Notes under the pieces: generated by a model
What the model was told of the DNA's origin: nothing
The model's input: only the letters and a program-made list of their open reading frames with translations
Database searches by the model: none
IMG/VR virus record: IMGVR_UViG_3300047557_004483
Coordinates: 64,001-112,252 of that record
Reading direction: 5' to 3' (one strand)
DNA: 48,252 bases
Source: a virus
Lineage: Duplodnaviria; Heunggongvirae; Uroviricota; Caudoviricetes
Position numbers and translations under genes: made by a program
Shown: in pieces, positions 16,077 through 27,400 of the stretch
Layout of the letters: each line of letters opens with the position of its first letter
How positions within the stretch are numbered: position 1 is the first letter of the stretch

Positions 16077-18479
16077 TTAACAGAAGACTTGTGAACCACC
16101 AGGACTCAATACTGCCCCTGTTACTTGTCCTGTGCTTGGATTAACATAATATAATCCTGTTTGATACGAACAATAACTGTATCCGAGTAAAGGTGATGGT
16201 GAAGTTGGATTGCCTCCAAAAATAGTAACTCCTACTCCGAATGATGGTGCATTTATAATTCTTAATGGTGAAGAAGTTTCATCAATACATGCTAAGGATG
16301 TTGTTTCACCAACACCTAAAACTACTTGACTATAGTTTTGTGTTGCACCCCCATCTCCGAAGCTTATCGAATGTTGTAATCCACCAGACGAAGTACTATT
16401 AGTATTAACCGTACAACACTGACATCCGTTGACAACTCCTTGTAGAGGTAGTACTGATATTTCTTGTTGTAAGTTAGTTACACAACCGTTAGATGCTGAA
16501 ACTCCTGAAGTTATTGATAGACTTGAGTCACTCACACCACTAACCACAGTTCCTGCCGACATTGTAACATTATAAGATTGTAGAATGGTTCTTGTTTGAG
16601 TGGTGAATGGTGAACAATTTGGTCTTCCGTTAACCGATGTATTAGTATTTGTAGAGTTTGGATTAACTAATCCTGACCCAACATATACCTGACTTACCGA
16701 TGAAGTAACACCTGAACCTGGAGAATTCATAATTTGTATTGTTTCAATATTCAATGCGAAACTCAAGGTAGTTCCAACAGGTATCGGTGGAGTAACATTC
16801 ACCTGCCAAGTTGCTCTACGAAGATTTCTACTTAGATTTTGTAAGTTAGTATTTGCAATTGAAAGAGAATATGTTGTAGGTGCTCCTGTTTGAGTTATAA
16901 CTACGCTTCTTTGAATTGTTAATCCTGTTGTATCTTTAACAACAACATTATATGTGTTTGGTGAAAGTCCGTTGAAAACACTCGAAGTTGTATATGTCGT
17001 ACCACCATTTATCGAATATTGATATGGCGGTAATCCTCCTGAGGTTACCACACTGATGCTTCCATCATTACCACAATCACTATTTTCTGAGTTAATTACC
17101 ACAGTCATAGGTGTATATGTTGGACAAGTACCTTCCAATACTACAACTTGCGGTATTGGGGTTGTTGTTGCTCCAACGACAGTCCAATTAGAAAGTGGTG
17201 GTGTTGAAGTTGTTGTACTTACAACAGTTCCTCCATTTACTGAAAGTCCATTTATTTGCCACCTTTGGTTCGAAACGTTCCAAGCCATAGTATATGAACC
17301 TGACACCCAAACAGGTCTTGTGTTGACTATTCCGTTGTAAGTAAATTGTATTGGTGCTAATGCTGGAACCAAACCACTTATCAACACACATAGTGATGAA
17401 TAAACTGGTTGAGTTGATGGTGTTGGGGTTAATGTCATTGTTGGCGTTGGTGACGGTGCAATAGCATCAACAGAACAGAATGTGTTAGCTGTATAGTCAC
17501 CATAGAAGTCAACAACAACAGCTTCGTATGTTCCTTCTTTCAATCCAGTTCGTGTAGCATTTTTACTATTACTATCTGCCCAATAAATTGAATATGGACT
17601 TGTTCCACCTGTAATGTCCAAAGTCAATACACCATCAAAACTTGAAGCATTACTTGGTTGAACTAAAGTTCTACAAGTAACTCCCATATCAAATAATGTA
17701 AATACAGAACAATTATTCTGTAAAGTTATTACCTGTGTTGGTGCTGGGGTTCTTGTTGGTGTCAGTGTTGGTGTGGGTGAAGATGTTGTCGTAGGTGTTA
17801 TTGTTGGTGTTGGACTTAAAGTAGGTGTGATACTTGGGGTTGGAGTTGGGGTTGGGGTTCCACAACTTGTAGTTGCTACAATACCTGAATTAGTAATACC
17901 TAAATTAGGTCTTTGCGGGTTATAAATTATTACAGTACCAACATCGGTCCCTGAAATAAATGCACCACAACAATCAGTATAATAATGAGAACCAGTTGTT
18001 GTACCTGAAACACAAAACAATGTAGTCGTAGTTGGGGTAATCGAAGGTGTCGGTGTATTTGATGATGTCACAGTTGGTGTAGCAGTTCGAGTAGGCGTTA
18101 ATGTTGGTGTTCGAGTTTGGGTATTTGTCGGGGTTAAAGTGGGTGTTGTAGTAGTTGTGGTTGTTGGCGTAGGTGTTGGTGTTGGAGTTTCAGTTGGTGT
18201 TGGGGTTGGACAACAACTTATTGTTGTATTTGAAGCAGTCGATTGTCCTGCAGCCGGACTATCATTTTTATAGTAGAAAGAACTCGGAGAAGAACTTCCT
18301 GTGACACAAATATCACTTGGGTAGGTTCCGGCAACTGTATATGACCTATCAAAAGGAATTCCGTTACAATCAACGTAAGATATATAGACGGTATTATTGG
18401 GGAACGAGGAGTTACCCGTTGCATCATCCAAGTCCGCTTGAGCAATTATTACGTCATATAATGTACAGTTACAGGCCAA
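16077..18479 (-). CDS. Putative fibre/adhesin with PT linkers and SprB-like repeats, 800 aa
   Basis: TTG start; PT tracts; DGVLTLDITGGTSPYSIYW and DGSISVVTSGGLPPYQYSINGG..FNGLSPNTYNVVVKD repeats. Confidence 0.7.
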   Translation of the reverse strand: MACNCTLYDVIIAQADLDDATGNSSFPNNTVYISYVDCNGIPFDRSYTVAGTYPSDICVTGSSSPSSFYYKNDSPAAGQSTASNTTISCCPTPTPTETPTPTPTPTTTTTTTPTLTPTNTQTRTPTLTPTRTATPTVTSSNTPTPSITPTTTTLFCVSGTTTGSHYYTDCCGAFISGTDVGTVIIYNPQRPNLGITNSGIVATTSCGTPTPTPTPSITPTLSPTPTITPTTTSSPTPTLTPTRTPAPTQVITLQNNCSVFTLFDMGVTCRTLVQPSNASSFDGVLTLDITGGTSPYSIYWADSNSKNATRTGLKEGTYEAVVVDFYGDYTANTFCSVDAIAPSPTPTMTLTPTPSTQPVYSSLCVLISGLVPALAPIQFTYNGIVNTRPVWVSGSYTMAWNVSNQRWQINGLSVNGGTVVSTTTSTPPLSNWTVVGATTTPIPQVVVLEGTCPTYTPMTVVINSENSDCGNDGSISVVTSGGLPPYQYSINGGTTYTTSSVFNGLSPNTYNVVVKDTTGLTIQRSVVITQTGAPTTYSLSIANTNLQNLSRNLRRATWQVNVTPPIPVGTTLSFALNIETIQIMNSPGSGVTSSVSQVYVGSGLVNPNSTNTNTSVNGRPNCSPFTTQTRTILQSYNVTMSAGTVVSGVSDSSLSITSGVSASNGCVTNLQQEISVLPLQGVVNGCQCCTVNTNSTSSGGLQHSISFGDGGATQNYSQVVLGVGETTSLACIDETSSPLRIINAPSFGVGVTIFGGNPTSPSPLLGYSYCSYQTGLYYVNPSTGQVTGAVLSPGGSQVFC

Positions 18480-18492
18480 TTGTTCTTTTTAT

Positions 18493-18505
18493 AATAAATA
18501 ACAAG
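18493..18505 (-). promoter_or_regulatory. CTTGTTATTTATT putative phage (late) promoter
   Basis: Identical 13-mer also at 38082-38094; upstream of the TTG at 18479. Confidence 0.6.
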
Positions 18506-18534
18506 TTTTTCTTTTTTATGAAGTCAAAAGAATA

Positions 18535-21500
18535 TTATACACTACAACTATCACCAGGAGCTGACCAAAAACTACCACCTGCTGAAGATGGAAAACCATT
18601 AACGATTATGTAAATACTGCCGACACTCCTTGCACACACAGGATTACTTGGTGTAACAGTACCCCTATTTAACGTTTGATTAACTCCACTACAATCTACA
18701 TATTCAAAATAAACACCACTTTCAGAGTTATCTATATCAGTTTGGTCAGCAGTTGCAATATATTCGAAACATGGAATTGGTGTTGATGATGGAGTTTCAG
18801 TCGGAGTTGGTGTTGAAGTTTCTGCCGGAGTTTGACTTGTTGTAACTGTGACCGTTGGAGTAATCGTTGGGGTTGTTGTAATTGTTGGTGTAGGAGTTTG
18901 TGATGGACAAGTAGAACAATTTGTCACTGCCAAAACTTGACCATTAGTACCAATTTGTATTGAGTATTCAGTCGGAGCACCCCAAGTTGTTTTAAACCAT
19001 TGACTATTTCCGTTGAACAAGGTTGTAAGGTTGATATCTTGATAAACAATGTCATTAACTGTTGGCGTAGAGTCTGTTGGATTGACATATCTAGTTTGTG
19101 AGTAAGTTGTCAATCTACAAGCCACACAATCATCGTTTTGTGGTGTTGATAATTGAATTGCTGAACCCAATGGAGTTGTTGTAGGTGTTATTGTTGGAGT
19201 AACAGTATTAGTTGGTGTTATTGTTGGTGTAGTTGTAACAGTAGGTGTTGGAGTCAAAGAAGGTATTGTACTACAATCAACAACATCAGATATCAATCCT
19301 CCAGTACCAATTCTAACTGCCCATGATGAACCACCTCTAAACATTTTATGATACTGTTCTCCACCATCGTAGAATGTTGTAAGTGTCGATTCATTGTAAA
19401 CATAAATTCCAGTCTGTGGTGTTGTATATGTTGGGGGCAAATATTTCACAGTTCCACCAAGAACACCATTTCTACAAGCATTTTCTGCCGTAGTGAAGTT
19501 GGTTGGGTCTAAATTATATTGAATTCCTGGACTTGTTGGTGTAGGTGTTGTTGTAGGTGTCGCAGTATTAGTTGAAGTGATTGTAGGTGTTGTTGTTGGA
19601 GTTATTGTATTTGTCGGTGTTAATGAATTGGTAGGAGTTATCGAAGGTGTTGCTGTTCTTGTAGGTGTTGCAGTGACCGTAGGTGTTGGAGTTGTAGTGA
19701 CTGTAGGTGTAGGAGTTAGTGAAGGTATTGTACTGCAATCAACCACATCAGATATTAATCCTCCTGTACCAATTCTAACCGCCCAAGATGAAGCACCTCT
19801 GAACATTTTATGATACTGGTCTCCACCATCATAAGTTGCCGTCAGGTTTGAATCATTATAAACAATAATTCCGGTCTGTGGTGTTGTGTATGTAGGTGGT
19901 AGGTATTTCACGGTTCCACCAAGAACTCCATTTCTACAAGCATTTTCAGCTGTTGTGAAGTTAGTTGGGTCTAAATTATATTGAATTGCCGGACTTGTTG
20001 GTGTAGGTGTCACTGTTGGTGTTCTTGTAATTGTTGGGGTCACAGTTCTTGTTATAGTTGGAGTTACTGTATTGGTAGGTGTGATACTATTTGTCGGTGT
20101 AGATGTTATTGCCGGTGTATTTGTAGGGGTTGGAGTTGCAGTCACGGTAGGAGTAGGAGTTACACTTGGACAAGTTGAACAATCTTTAACCGCCAATACG
20201 ACTCCTGATGCACTTATCTGAATAGAATATTGTGTTGCATTTGGACTCCACGAAGTTTTGAACCATTGACTTGCACCATTGAATACGTTTGTCAAAGTAG
20301 AGTTAGTGTAAACAACATCATTCACTGATGGTGTGGTATCAACAGGACTAACATAACCAACAGTACTATACGTCGTCAATCTACATGCAACGCACTCATC
20401 ATTCTGAGCTGTAGCTAATTGGATTTGAGTTCCAGGTGAAGTCACTGAAGGCGTAGGTGTCCCTGTCCTTGTTGGTGTTGAAGTATTTGTTGGCGTAACA
20501 GGAGGTGTTGCAGTCCTAGTTGGTGTTATACTCGGAGTCACTGTTGGTGTAGATGTTATTGTTGGTGTTTGAGTAGGAGTTGATGTTGGCCTCACGCAAG
20601 AAGTAAATGTTCCTGCACTATACAATGTTTTATTTATCGGATTTTGTGATGTATAACCGGTGATTGAAACACTTGTTATTTGTCCGTTATAAGCTTCAGG
20701 TAGTTCTAATAGTTTAGATGATTCTGAGCCTTGTATTGATATTGTGTAAGAACTATCGAAAGTTGAAGCGGTATAAATCGCAGCAACAAATTGAACCCCG
20801 TATCCACTGTTTGTTGTATCTCCCGATATTGTTTTTATTATGAAATTTATACCTGAACCAGTGAGTGTACAAACTTGTTCTTGGTCTATTAATAAAGTAT
20901 TTGACCTAAAGTAGAAAAAACTCTCCTCTAAGGTTAAAATTTCATTGTAGTAGAAAGATTCTGCTTCTTCGTAGGTAGTAGCAATTCCATTATTAGTTGT
21001 ATAAGTATAAAAAGTATCTGCAGAAACGGGTGTTCTAACAAAACCTCTTTTAATTTCTGAGCTATTATAAAATTGTGAAGTTCCCCACTTTTTAGGGACA
21101 AGAATCGATTCCTCAGGTTGTGCAGAACTTGTATACCATCCACTCGTGAAGTCTTTTTGAGTTTGTATTACATTTTTAGTTCCACCTGTTAATGTTGATG
21201 TTACTGTTGTGCTGGCGGAAGAGGTCATTATGAAGATATCTTCAACTGTCCCTGATAAGACGAGAGCAAATTCTCTATAGTTTGTTTCAGTTTCATATGC
21301 ATAATATCCGCTCAGAACTTGACTAAATCCATCAGAGTCCAAATATATCTTTTTACCAATTGTTAAACCTGATAAATTTGTATTATCGTAAAAACATGTT
21401 ACCTCTCTCGGTAAATCTTCAATCTTTATTTCGTGGGAAAAAACAAATATTCCACCAACCGTATTGGAATTGTAAGTATAACTTGCAAAGGTTGGTTGAG

Positions 21501-24147
21501 TATCTGCGGTAACTGTATTGAAAAATCTTTGTGCTTGTTCATCCGCATCTACCTGCGAAATTTCTGAAGTAAAAAATCCTTGCTCGAGTTCAAACTCATT
21601 CGGAAGAGGAATGTTCATTTCTCCTATCGTATCAACGCCACCATATGTTGTACCATTAATAGAATTACTTTGATAAGTTGGTAAAGTTGTATACCTGTCG
21701 GGCACACCTGAGACTAAAGGTAACAAAAATAAGTCACCTATTATGGTAATATTTGTCGATGGAGAATCTGGAAGTATACTGTATTGTCTTGGTGTTCTTG
21801 TGGCCGTATATGATACTTCTTTGTGAGTGACAGTTCCTGAAGAAAGTGTGTAAAAATACGCACCGTCACATACATAACCCGTCGGAACGGTACTTGTAAA
21901 GAATCTATCATAATATAAAGTACTTCCTGTAAATATGTACGGTGTGTTGGTGGTCAAAACTCGTAGTTCTTTACAACATTCTGTAATTAGCTTGTTTAAT
22001 CTCAAAGTCCACGCAATTATCCCTAAAACAATAAGAACAACTGCAACTATTATAGCAATTTTGGGATTACTAACACACGCGGTAACTACTTTGTCAATTA
22101 TTTGTATTTTTCCTGTTCTTCCTCCATTCCAGTTTCCTATTTTCATTGCATTTCTTCTCTGTATCCTTTGAGCTTTTTGAGGACTTATAGTTCCGTTTCT
22201 ATATCCTCCTCCACCCGTCACAACGACTTTCAATACTAGTAATCCCGCAACAACTGCGGCGGTTCCAATTATCGTATTTATTATACCAAATGCATTATTT
22301 CTCATTGCAGTTTCCAAGCCGTCATACTTTGTACGAGCACCTGTAAAATTGTCTAAATAAGAATTCAATAAGTTAGTATAAGCATTTCCAAATTTTACGA
22401 TTGCATATTCAGTACCTGTTACAACATAACAATTGTTGTTGGCTGCCGGGTCTTCAACATCAATCAGATTGAAAAACTTATCATTGGATTGAGCTTTTAC
22501 TGTGTCTAATCCCATATAGTATCTATACCCTGCCGGTTGAATAACATTCGCTTGGAGTACCTTGTCACGTATCACTCCCATATCCGCAACCATGTGAACA
22601 CAGGTGGGTAATAGTCTTCGTCCAGTTGCAGGTGTTTCTATAATTTGGTTTGTAAAAAGAGAGGTTATTTTTTCTACGTCAGCATATCTTTTGAAAGCCT
22701 TTTTAGTTATTTTATATTGTGTTGTTGTTCCCCAATCCCTTCTAAAAGGGGAACCCACTTTATAGGTTGCACCACTTACAGAGTACCAGTAAGGAAATGC
22801 TGGTTGAATGAAATAATTATCGTTGAATAATACAGTGCTGTTTTTGGTCCAAGAAGCTAATGGAGTTATAGAATAAACTTTAGTTGTAAGTCTAGGACTA
22901 ATAATTGAATCATAAGCCGAGTATACGTGTAATCCAGCGTTATATTTGTAAATGGGAATTCCAGTACAACTTGAACTTATAGTTGTAGTAATTTGGGGTC
23001 CCAAATTTTCAGCTTGTCCTTTACCTAAACAAATTTTTACTTTCAACAATCCACTTCTAGGAGGAATAACTCTGAAGGTAACACTACTTACAGATGTATC
23101 TATCCTATATAAACCATCTTCGTATTGTGGAATGAAAAAAGGAGTCTGCGACACCGGAGTATCAGAATATGATACTTCACCAGGAGCTTGGACTGTTCTG
23201 CTAAATGCATCATCTTCGAAGGTTACATAAGTATAAAAAAGTGCAGGTGCGGTTTTGGTTATGGTAATACTATATATAGAATTTGAACCGCCTGGAAATT
23301 CTATGGTCGCACAATGTATCGAATATTGTTTAAAAGAATATTCACCAGCAATAAAAGTGTCATTTGTTCTCTCTTCCGTCTCGATTAATGGGTTTATATA
23401 TGTATATCCTGTTGGATTGTGTGTATATGTCGACGTTCCACTACAAGATATCAACGCACAATTATTGTTACAAATACCTATCAAAGTTTGTGTAAATGTT
23501 GAACCATCGTAATACCAAACTAAACCTCTAGTACGACCACCAACGTCTGGCGGAACAATTCCTGAGTTATCTCCCCAATATCTGTAATACCCTGTTGGAA
23601 GAGGGATTGTAAGTTGGTCATCTAAAAACCAAACACCTTCATAAAAAGGGAAACCGACATTCCCATCTGTAACAAGTGCATATACTTTGAAGAACTCCGT
23701 ATCGATGCAATCACAAGTGTCTAAAAAAGTAGTACCGCTACAAAAAGTACCTTCCACTAAGTTAGTACTACAGTCTAACCCAATATTTAACTGACCTGTA
23801 GTTCCACCTGAAGTGGTTATTTCAAGAGTAATATAATTATTTTGACCAGGATTTTCACCAAAATCTAAAAAGTGAATCAAATCTCTAGATGAAGTAATGT
23901 TTCCCAAGTTCCATGTTTGTCCTGTAACTTGAACATTGTCTCTATAATATATTATAGAAATGTTGACTGAGGAACCATTGTTAGATATATAATCGAGTGG
24001 GATTAAAATAAATTCTTTATTAACATCCACAACCAAAAATTGTATATAGGTTGTAGAAGTACCTGTCCATTTAAACTCTTGGACACTACCACACTCATTT
24101 GTTAAATCAGTTCCTACGGGGGGACAATAGACTGTTACTTCATTCAT
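18535..24147 (-). CDS. Large modular putative virion protein (1870 aa) with hydrophobic hairpin, DUF5977-like motif and duplicated Cys-bounded domains
   Basis: Long ORF with PT linkers, an A-B-B-A arrangement of duplicated domains and two long hydrophobic segments near residues 620-710. Confidence 0.75.
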   Translation of the reverse strand: MNEVTVYCPPVGTDLTNECGSVQEFKWTGTSTTYIQFLVVDVNKEFILIPLDYISNNGSSVNISIIYYRDNVQVTGQTWNLGNITSSRDLIHFLDFGENPGQNNYITLEITTSGGTTGQLNIGLDCSTNLVEGTFCSGTTFLDTCDCIDTEFFKVYALVTDGNVGFPFYEGVWFLDDQLTIPLPTGYYRYWGDNSGIVPPDVGGRTRGLVWYYDGSTFTQTLIGICNNNCALISCSGTSTYTHNPTGYTYINPLIETEERTNDTFIAGEYSFKQYSIHCATIEFPGGSNSIYSITITKTAPALFYTYVTFEDDAFSRTVQAPGEVSYSDTPVSQTPFFIPQYEDGLYRIDTSVSSVTFRVIPPRSGLLKVKICLGKGQAENLGPQITTTISSSCTGIPIYKYNAGLHVYSAYDSIISPRLTTKVYSITPLASWTKNSTVLFNDNYFIQPAFPYWYSVSGATYKVGSPFRRDWGTTTQYKITKKAFKRYADVEKITSLFTNQIIETPATGRRLLPTCVHMVADMGVIRDKVLQANVIQPAGYRYYMGLDTVKAQSNDKFFNLIDVEDPAANNNCYVVTGTEYAIVKFGNAYTNLLNSYLDNFTGARTKYDGLETAMRNNAFGIINTIIGTAAVVAGLLVLKVVVTGGGGYRNGTISPQKAQRIQRRNAMKIGNWNGGRTGKIQIIDKVVTACVSNPKIAIIVAVVLIVLGIIAWTLRLNKLITECCKELRVLTTNTPYIFTGSTLYYDRFFTSTVPTGYVCDGAYFYTLSSGTVTHKEVSYTATRTPRQYSILPDSPSTNITIIGDLFLLPLVSGVPDRYTTLPTYQSNSINGTTYGGVDTIGEMNIPLPNEFELEQGFFTSEISQVDADEQAQRFFNTVTADTQPTFASYTYNSNTVGGIFVFSHEIKIEDLPREVTCFYDNTNLSGLTIGKKIYLDSDGFSQVLSGYYAYETETNYREFALVLSGTVEDIFIMTSSASTTVTSTLTGGTKNVIQTQKDFTSGWYTSSAQPEESILVPKKWGTSQFYNSSEIKRGFVRTPVSADTFYTYTTNNGIATTYEEAESFYYNEILTLEESFFYFRSNTLLIDQEQVCTLTGSGINFIIKTISGDTTNSGYGVQFVAAIYTASTFDSSYTISIQGSESSKLLELPEAYNGQITSVSITGYTSQNPINKTLYSAGTFTSCVRPTSTPTQTPTITSTPTVTPSITPTRTATPPVTPTNTSTPTRTGTPTPSVTSPGTQIQLATAQNDECVACRLTTYSTVGYVSPVDTTPSVNDVVYTNSTLTNVFNGASQWFKTSWSPNATQYSIQISASGVVLAVKDCSTCPSVTPTPTVTATPTPTNTPAITSTPTNSITPTNTVTPTITRTVTPTITRTPTVTPTPTSPAIQYNLDPTNFTTAENACRNGVLGGTVKYLPPTYTTPQTGIIVYNDSNLTATYDGGDQYHKMFRGASSWAVRIGTGGLISDVVDCSTIPSLTPTPTVTTTPTPTVTATPTRTATPSITPTNSLTPTNTITPTTTPTITSTNTATPTTTPTPTSPGIQYNLDPTNFTTAENACRNGVLGGTVKYLPPTYTTPQTGIYVYNESTLTTFYDGGEQYHKMFRGGSSWAVRIGTGGLISDVVDCSTIPSLTPTPTVTTTPTITPTNTVTPTITPTTTPLGSAIQLSTPQNDDCVACRLTTYSQTRYVNPTDSTPTVNDIVYQDINLTTLFNGNSQWFKTTWGAPTEYSIQIGTNGQVLAVTNCSTCPSQTPTPTITTTPTITPTVTVTTSQTPAETSTPTPTETPSSTPIPCFEYIATADQTDIDNSESGVYFEYVDCSGVNQTLNRGTVTPSNPVCARSVGSIYIIVNGFPSSAGGSFWSAPGDSCSV

Positions 24148-24158
24148 ATATACTATAA

Positions 24159-24464
24159 TTATGGCGTAGGATTATTAATAACTGCGTATGCATTTCCGAG
24201 TAAAGTTTGTTGTAAGTTCAGAATTCTTATAATATCGTTATATTGTTGTTGGTCAACATCTGCAGGAAATTCCCCATCCCAAATATATTGTCCTTCTTTA
24301 TCACTGTATAACAATAAATTAGTTTTTCTAGCCTGTTGCAAATACAAACTAAAATGAAGTTGGAAATAGTTTACATTTTCTGAGATTTGAAACCATACTA
24401 CTTTTCCAACATTTCCGAAGTAGCTATTATATGTCACTTGAGGTATTGATAATGGTGTTGCCAT
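24159..24464 (-). CDS. Hypothetical protein (101 aa), possible fibre accessory
   Basis: Tightly spaced ORF between two giant structural genes. Confidence 0.7.
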   Translation of the reverse strand: MATPLSIPQVTYNSYFGNVGKVVWFQISENVNYFQLHFSLYLQQARKTNLLLYSDKEGQYIWDGEFPADVDQQQYNDIIRILNLQQTLLGNAYAVINNPTP

Positions 24465-24474
24465 TTTTTTTTAT

Positions 24475-27400
24475 TTAGTTTGGATTATCTGCCTGCCCAA
24501 CACAAGCTCCTAAGTTTACTATTCTACCACCTGTTGGTGTTGTTCTTGAACAAACCGGTCCTGCGTTTGCTCCTGCTTGTACGAATATTTGTGTGGTAAT
24601 TCCTGTAGAACAATCAACATATTCATATGTTGTACTGAAACTATTTGGACCTAAGTAATAACTTATGCATGATGCATTATTTGATGGTGTAATTGTTGTT
24701 GTAGGTGTTGGAGAAGGTACAAGTCCTGAAGTTTTTGTAGGTGTTGGGGTTAAGGTACTTGTTGGAGTTGGTGTCAATGTTGTACAATTCGAACAACTTG
24801 TACTTGCAGTCACTGTGTTGTTTCCGTTTATCACATTAACTAATCTATATTGACCACTGTATTGAATATAATATGAACCTGTACTATATTGACCAAATGA
24901 TGGATTTGTATATGTTGTACAGTTACAGAATGAAGTACCGTTACCTTCTGTAGGGTCAGGGTTGAATAATATTGCATTACAAGCCCCGGCAATCGTTCCA
25001 TATAGGTCAGACGTTACTTCTGAGAATAGAGGTGCGTTACAATTATAGAGGTAAGGACAACTCACACAAACATCCATGGTCACATTATTGAAATTACCTG
25101 AACTGTTATTGGCAAAAACAGATAAGTCCATCGCAGTTCCCAAATTAAATCCTATAAATCCAACCGTCTTTGTTATTGATTGTGTTGGGGAAGTAAATTG
25201 AAATACCTCACCTAACCCCTCTTGTAAATTACCAACGAATACTTCAAAAATACTCGTTGCGCCAGTCACTGATATTGTAACATCAACATTTCCATAACTT
25301 TGTCCTAATTCTACAATTCCATTGTATGTTGTAGCGTTTGGCTCAGTTATTATCAAATTGAAGCAAGTATCACAAGTATATACGACAGGTAGACAGTTTG
25401 CCACAGGAACAATTGATGAAGTTATATTCGTATAACAATCATTTCCATTATAGACTATACACAAAATTGGCGCTACCCCGCAGTTATCGATACAAACATC
25501 AGTAGCATACGTTCCTGAAAAATTATAAGTATTTTGATTTATTGTATTATCATTCAAACAATCAGGGTAAGTCAAATAAACTGCGCCATTATCACTCAAG
25601 TCCAAATCTGCTTGCGTTATGATAACATCATAACTAGTACAACCTGTACAATATCCTGCAGATGTTGTCACTGTTGGAGTCACAGTATTTGTTGGTGTAA
25701 GTGTATTAGTCGGAGTTATAGTATTAGTTGGAGTTATTGTATTAGTCGGAGTTATTGTTGGGGTATTTGATGATGTTGCTGTTGGAGTTGTAGTTGGTGT
25801 TGTCGTATTCGTAGCAGTTATTGAAGGTGTTACAGTTGGTGTTGTCGTATTTGTCGGTGTTGGCGTTTGTGATGCACCTTCGCTCATTGTCATTGTTGGA
25901 GTAACACTATTAGTAGGAGTTATTGTTGGCGTGACAGTTGGAGTTTCCGTATTAGTTGGAGTCACTGTATTTGTTGGTGTCTCAGTGTTCGTAGGTGTGA
26001 TAGTATTAGTTGGAGTTATCGTTGGTGTTTCCGTATTAGTTGGAGTCACTGTATTTGTTGGTGTCTCAGTGTTCGTAGGTGTGATAGTATTAGTTGGAGT
26101 TATAGTTGGAGTTTCTGTCAAAGTTGGTGTTGGTGTTTGAGAAGCTCCCTCACTTGGAGTATTTGTCGGAGTTATGGTATTTGTCGGAGTTATTGTTGGA
26201 GTAACAGTATTTGTTGCAGTTATCGAAGGTGTAACTGTTGGTGTTTCAGTGTTTGTTGCAGTTATCGAAGGTGTAACTGTTGGTGTTTCAGTGTTTGTTG
26301 CGGTTATAGAGGGGGTTACTGTCGGAGTTTCAGTATTTGTTGCAGTTATAGAAGGGGTTACTGATGGTGTAGTTGTATTTGTCGGAGTTATGGTAGGAGT
26401 TTCTGTCAAAGTTGGTGTTGGTGTTTGAGAAGCACCTTCACTTGGAGTATTAGTAGGAGTTATGGTATTTGTTGGAGTTATTGTTGGTGTTTCAGTATTG
26501 GTAGGGGTTATAGTATTTGTCGGAGTTATTGTCGGAGTTTCAGTGTTTGTTGGAGTAACCGTATTTGTTGGTGTTTCAGTGTTTGTAGGCGTAGTAGTGT
26601 TAGTCGGTGTAATAGTGTTAGTTGGAGTTATTGTTGGTGTTTCAGTATTTGTAGGCGTAATTGTGTTCGTTGGAGTTATCGTAGGAGTATTAGACCTAGT
26701 CGGTGGAGGGAATGTTTCTGTTGGAGTAGTTGTTATGGTGTTGGTTGGTGTTATCGTAGGTGTTTCAGTATTTGTAGGTGTCTGTGTATTAGTCGCTGTC
26801 ACAGTGTTAGTTGGTGTAATAGAAGGTGTAACTGTTGGAGTTGGTGTTAAAGTAGGTGTTGGTGTTTGAGATGCTCCTTCACTTGAGGTATTTGTTGGGG
26901 TTATAGTATTAGTTGGTGTAACAGAAGGAGTTTCAGTAATAGTTGGAGTTATAGTTGGGGTAGTTGTATTTGTGGATGTTACTGTAGGTGTATTAGACCT
27001 AGTCGGTGGAGGGAATGTTTCGGTCGGTGTTGTTGTTACTGTATTAGTAGGTGTGATGGTTGGTGAAGTTGTATTTGTTGGTGTTATTGTATTAGTCGGA
27101 GTAATAGTGTTAGTTGGTGTTATTGTATTAGTCGGAGTAATAGTGTTAGTTGGTGTTATTGTGTTTGTTGGTGTTATAGATGGTGTTGTTGTATTTGTTG
27201 TTGTTACCGTAGGAGTATTAGACCTAGTCGGTGGAGGGAATGTTTCAGTAGGTGTAGTTGTAACTGTGTTTGTTGGTGTTATAGTATTAGTTGGAGTTAT
27301 CGTTGGAGTAATAGTTGGAGTTTGAGTATTTGTTGCTGTAGGTGTTTGTGATGCACCAGGACTACTTGTGTTAGTTGGTGTTACAGTATTTGTTGGAGTT

